DNA of 64,000 nucleotides from Gammaproteobacteria bacterium (GTDB lineage Bacteria; Pseudomonadota; Gammaproteobacteria; JBCCGL01): NCBI GenBank assembly GCA_965277715.1, contig OZ255836.1, positions 2,080,001 to 2,144,000 of the forward strand, read 5' to 3'. Shown piece by piece: positions 60,257 to 64,000 of this stretch (position 1 is its first letter; each line of letters starts with the position of its first letter). The notes under the pieces were generated by a model. It saw only the letters and a program-made list of their open reading frames with translations, ran no database searches and was not told where the DNA came from. The position numbers and the translations under genes were made by a program.

Positions 60257-60823
60257 TCAGTGAATCTGCCCATCGGGGCGGATGGACTGCAACTCTTCAT
60301 TAACCAGCATTACCCCCACCCGCACATACTCCTGGACTTCGGCATAGGCAATCTCATCTTCCTCGCCCTCATGCTCAAAGCCGGTGTCGCTTTGCAGTGT
60401 GCGGCTGATGTGCATAAAGTCCCCCAGTAGTTCGCTGGCATCTTTATTCAGCTTGGTGTCTTTATCCACCCCACCGGCACTCAGGCCCATAGCAAAGCCC
60501 TGGCACCACGCGCTCAGCGCCTGGGTGCGCTCGCTTAACGCCGCCTCATCGCTGGGCAGTAATAATTGTAAATCGAGATCCTCACCCCCTAGCTGCGCCA
60601 TTGTGGTGGTTAGCATCGCGCTAATCTGTTGTACAGACTGTTGCGCCATAAGGTCATCTTTATCGACAGACCCCATCACCTGCATCGCCATCGCCTCAAC
60701 GTTGAGGCGGCCATTGGCACAGAGCACGCCACAAAACATACCGTGGCACTCGGCGGCGCTTAGCTCGGCGTTGACATTCGCCAGCGCTGTAACAATTTGG
60801 GCGTAATCAGTCTGGTTTTGCAT
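60257..60823 (-). CDS. ygfB: UPF0149-family protein
   Basis: AE.HG...G.LC, L.LLLP.D, W.QGF..G, E..EYVRV; conserved synteny. Confidence 0.9.
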   Translation of the reverse strand: MQNQTDYAQIVTALANVNAELSAAECHGMFCGVLCANGRLNVEAMAMQVMGSVDKDDLMAQQSVQQISAMLTTTMAQLGGEDLDLQLLLPSDEAALSERTQALSAWCQGFAMGLSAGGVDKDTKLNKDASELLGDFMHISRTLQSDTGFEHEGEEDEIAYAEVQEYVRVGVMLVNEELQSIRPDGQIH

Positions 60824-60923
60824 AGCATGATTTTAACCCAGAAAATTCAATTGAGCGCGAAAAAGCTGTGTAAGTCCTTGCTGGCATTGACCCATACCGC
60901 ACACCAGCCTACTATTGGCGCGT

Positions 60924-61154
60924 ATGAATGCATCACTGACAGCCACCGCCGAACACGATGTGAGTCGACTCACCAATAAGGTTAGCGATCTCATTGCTCT
61001 ATGCCAGCGCCTCAGGCAGGAAAACGCCTCACTGCACGAACAGCGCAGCGCCCTAACCGAAGAGCGTGCGCTGTTATTGGAAAAAAACGAGCTGGCGCGC
61101 TCTCGCGTTGAAGCGATTATCAACCGCCTAAAATCGATGGAGTCAGCCGGGTGA
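60924..61154 (+). CDS. TIGR02449-family coiled-coil protein (ZapB-like)
   Basis: L..EN..L...ERA.L.EKNE.AR.RVEA.I.RLK.ME. Confidence 0.88.
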   Translation: MNASLTATAEHDVSRLTNKVSDLIALCQRLRQENASLHEQRSALTEERALLLEKNELARSRVEAIINRLKSMESAG

Positions 61155-61444
61155 ACGACAGCATTGGCGTAAAAGTAATGATCCTCGACCGCGAATACCA
61201 GATAGCCTGCCCAAAAGAACAACAGGAAGGCCTACTGGATGCAGCGCGCTACCTGGACAACAAAATGCGCGAAATGCGCAACCGCAGCCAGGGCATTGGC
61301 GTCGACAAACTCGCTGTGGCCACGGCGCTGAACATCACCTACGAAATGCTGGCACTCAAACCGGTGGAGGCGTCACTGGAACAACTGCGCAGCAGGCTAA
61401 CCGCGCTAACCCACGATGTTGATTCGGCCCTCGTCACGGAATAA
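61151..61444 (+). CDS. zapA: Cell division protein ZapA
   Basis: ILDREY.IACP...L..AA.YLD.KM, AV..ALNI. Confidence 0.93.
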   Translation: MNDSIGVKVMILDREYQIACPKEQQEGLLDAARYLDNKMREMRNRSQGIGVDKLAVATALNITYEMLALKPVEASLEQLRSRLTALTHDVDSALVTE

Positions 61445-61766
61445 TTGTCACATCGCCCACCGCCGCTAATCGGGGATTATGTAGACCCGTTATTGCGTGA
61501 ATCCCCATAACACCTCACGCTACCGGCAAAGCCAAAGCCCAGCGCCCATAAAGCCTACCGAGACTGTAGGGTGTATTGAGGCGAGGAACTACAAACGCAG
61601 GCAGAAAGAAGCCACACTTCAGGAGACAGCGCGGTTGCGCGACTTACTGAAAAAGGCAGGCATCGACCCATATGCCGAATAAACCCACACTGTATAAACC
61701 CACATTTGCCGTGCACTACCCATAGCAAAAGTAGCACTTTAGCGCTGGTTTCATGTAAAGTTCCAG

Positions 61767-61952
61767 GTGTTCTCTGCTGTGTTAGTTAGCTGGCCGGGTA
61801 GTACCCTTGAGCCTAATTAGTTACCCCGGGATCTGGTTGCAAGCTACTGTTGTGCATGTCTGCTACGGCGGAAAGCCTGATGAAGCCCAGCCGTTCCCAC
61901 CTGAACCATTTGGTTCAAGGTCGAACGCTGGCGACGGCACTGCGGAGAACAC
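61767..61952 (+). ncRNA. ssrS: 6S RNA
   Basis: Between zapA and ygfA; terminal pairing gtgttctctgc / gcggagaacac; conserved cccttgagcc and ctgaacc...ggttcaagg elements. Confidence 0.88.
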
Positions 61953-62010
61953 TTACCCCTCCCCATCACTGTGATAAGCCCACCGTTAGCACGGAGAGAG
62001 CGAAACCACC

Positions 62011-62589
62011 ATGGCAGAAACACCCAATACCTTGCGCCTGCGCAACCGCCAGCGCCGCAGCCAACTCGACGAGACACAACGCCAACAGGCCGCCAGCCGT
62101 CTGTTTGATGCGCTATGCCAACTCGACGAGTACCATCAGGCAAGCCATATCGCCGCCTATTGGTCAGTCAATGGCGAAATAGACCTCAGCCCGCTGATCG
62201 ACCATGCCCTGCAACACAACAAGCACATCTATTTACCCATACTCGACACAGTATCGTTGCGTTTTGCCCCCTATGACAAAAACACCCCCCTGCGTATCAA
62301 CCGCTTTAAACTACCCGAACCCGATGTGAGCGATGCCGTGATGCGCCAGCCCAGCGCGCTCGACCTGGTGTTGGTGCCACTCACCGTGTTCGACCCGGCC
62401 TGCAACCGCATCGGCATGGGCGGGGGCTACTACGACCGCAGCTTTGAATTTCGCCGTACCAGCGACGCCACCCGCCCCATACTGGTAGGTGTCGCGCACG
62501 CGCTACAACGCGTCGACCAGCTACAGCCAGAACCCTGGGATGTGCAGCTTGACGCCGTGGTCACTGACAAACATATTTATGGGGCATAA
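62011..62589 (+). CDS. ygfA: 5-formyltetrahydrofolate cyclo-ligase
   Basis: DLVLVPL..FD...RIGMGGGYYDR, EPWDV.L. Confidence 0.93.
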   Translation: MAETPNTLRLRNRQRRSQLDETQRQQAASRLFDALCQLDEYHQASHIAAYWSVNGEIDLSPLIDHALQHNKHIYLPILDTVSLRFAPYDKNTPLRINRFKLPEPDVSDAVMRQPSALDLVLVPLTVFDPACNRIGMGGGYYDRSFEFRRTSDATRPILVGVAHALQRVDQLQPEPWDVQLDAVVTDKHIYGA

Positions 62590-62614
62590 ATCCACCACCA
62601 CGGGAGCGCTTATC

Positions 62615-63073
62615 GTGAACTATTGGCTGATGAAATCGGAACCCGATGTTTACGGCATCGAACACCTGAAATCCGAACCGAAAAAAACCGATCACTGGGA
62701 CGGGATTCGCAACTACCAGGCGCGCAATATGATGCGCGATGGTATGCGCAAAGGCGACCTTGCCTTTTTTTACCACTCAAACTGCAAGGAGCCAGGGATT
62801 GTCGGTATTATCTCAATTGTGCGTGAAGCCTACCCGGATCACACACAATGGGACCCCAAGGAGAAATACTACGATGCCAAATCGTCACGGGATAACCCGC
62901 GCTGGTTGATGGTCGATGTAAAATACCAACGATTGTTAAAACGCGTTATCACGCTGAATGAATTAAAAACCTACCCACAACTGGCCACCATGCCACTGGT
63001 GCGAAAAGGCAACCGCCTGTCGATCATGCCGGTGAGCGAAGATGAGTGGGGCTTTATTTTGGGGTTGGAGTAG
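62615..63073 (+). CDS. EVE-domain protein
   Basis: YWLMKSEP, WDGIRNYQARN, FFYHS.C, RLSIMPV. Confidence 0.93.
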   Translation: MNYWLMKSEPDVYGIEHLKSEPKKTDHWDGIRNYQARNMMRDGMRKGDLAFFYHSNCKEPGIVGIISIVREAYPDHTQWDPKEKYYDAKSSRDNPRWLMVDVKYQRLLKRVITLNELKTYPQLATMPLVRKGNRLSIMPVSEDEWGFILGLE

Positions 63074-63113
63074 TGGTGTAAACCACCACGACTCCAGATA
63101 GAGAAAAGACTTG

Positions 63114-64000
63114 TCAGGCACTAACTTCTGGTGCAGCGGATTTATAAATATTCGCTTCAAACTCCCTCAAACGTTTATAAATAGACATAAGCTCAACGAT
63201 AGTTCCCCAGGAGTGCACTAAAAATTGAAACGAGTCCTCCACCTTGCCAAATGCCCGTAAAATCTGCTGCACGACACCCAGCGTCACCACGCCTGAAACG
63301 ATGGTTGGCCCTAACATAATGTAGGGCACAATAACGCTGAACTGGATATAGGACCATTTGGCAATATCAAAATACAGATAGTGTTTATACAGGGTGAAAT
63401 AGTTTTTGCGCACATTGGCAAATAATTCGTTACAGGTGGGTGGATCGGCGCGCTCTTCATGGTCCTCGCCGAACACCAGTTCTTTGCGGTAAGCGGCTTC
63501 GACTTTTTGATTGTTATATTCCAACCCCGGTAGTTTGATACCAACAATCGCCAACAACGCTGTACCGACCAGGGCAGAGAGGATTGCCAGAAAGATCAGT
63601 GAGTGTTCGACCGGCCCGATCCACGGCAGCTCGGTGACATTTTCACTCAACACCCACAGTATCGGTAAAAAAGCCACTAACACCATCACCGAACGCATAA
63701 AGCTCACCCCGAGGCTTTCGACGATCCGGGCAAACCGCATCGTGTCTTCCTGCACACGCTGGGCAGCCCCCTCGATATGCCGCAGTTTTTGCCAGTGCGA
63801 CATATAGTAACTGTTCATTGCAGTGCGCCAGCGAAACACATAGTGGCGGACAAAAAATTCCAGGCACACAGCAATCACAATATAAACCGCCGCAATTTCC
63901 ATAAAGGTAAGGCATTTGCCAAGAAACGCTTCAAATGTTACCGCACCCGGCGCACTCAGTGCTTTTTGCAAGGTGTCGTAAAAGTCGCCAAACCATTCGT
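63114..64000 (-). CDS. sbmA: Peptide antibiotic transporter SbmA/BacA (5' end outside the window)
   Basis: HY.FRWRTAMN.YY, IEGAAQRVQEDTMRF, NQ.VEAAYRKELV.GED. Confidence 0.93.
   Translation of the reverse strand, partial: EWFGDFYDTLQKALSAPGAVTFEAFLGKCLTFMEIAAVYIVIAVCLEFFVRHYVFRWRTAMNSYYMSHWQKLRHIEGAAQRVQEDTMRFARIVESLGVSFMRSVMVLVAFLPILWVLSENVTELPWIGPVEHSLIFLAILSALVGTALLAIVGIKLPGLEYNNQKVEAAYRKELVFGEDHEERADPPTCNELFANVRKNYFTLYKHYLYFDIAKWSYIQFSVIVPYIMLGPTIVSGVVTLGVVQQILRAFGKVEDSFQFLVHSWGTIVELMSIYKRLREFEANIYKSAAPEVSA

Overview
Chromosomal window from a gammaproteobacterium. The backbone is ordinary: dinB, ppc, fadH, mpl, pyrC-rnt, selO, surE, ubiH-pepP-ygfB / zapA-6S RNA-ygfA and sbmA. It carries many IS remnants and internally deleted pseudogenes, consistent with a marine, possibly host-associated lineage (inference). 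Two accessory systems stand out. (1) At 43.0-52.7 kb, an AT-rich, IS-bounded R-body (reb) island has four canonical and three divergent Reb genes. These are followed on the same strand by two unknown proteins, an HNH-nuclease-like protein, a GH25 muramidase and a putative beta-trefoil protein, and beyond an IS4 remnant by an AAA+/AraC hybrid regulator. It is a candidate R-body toxin-delivery system with its own cargo and release enzyme. (2) At 3.1-8.6 kb, a minus-strand operon runs ycaO - sulfotransferase - tfuA - HExxH metallopeptidase - a 149-aa protein ending in a repeated GMxVK motif, convergent with a class III cyclase-TPR gene. It is a candidate thioamide/sulfated RiPP pathway. Also present: a tandem pair of 11-residue-repeat coiled-coil membrane genes with gene-conversion signatures, a hidden sucD/mtkB remnant upstream of the 2-hydroxyacid dehydrogenase-ppc pair, a two-gene saccharopine pathway, and an IS66-truncated NACHT NTPase. 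All calls come from reading sequence motifs; no searches were run.
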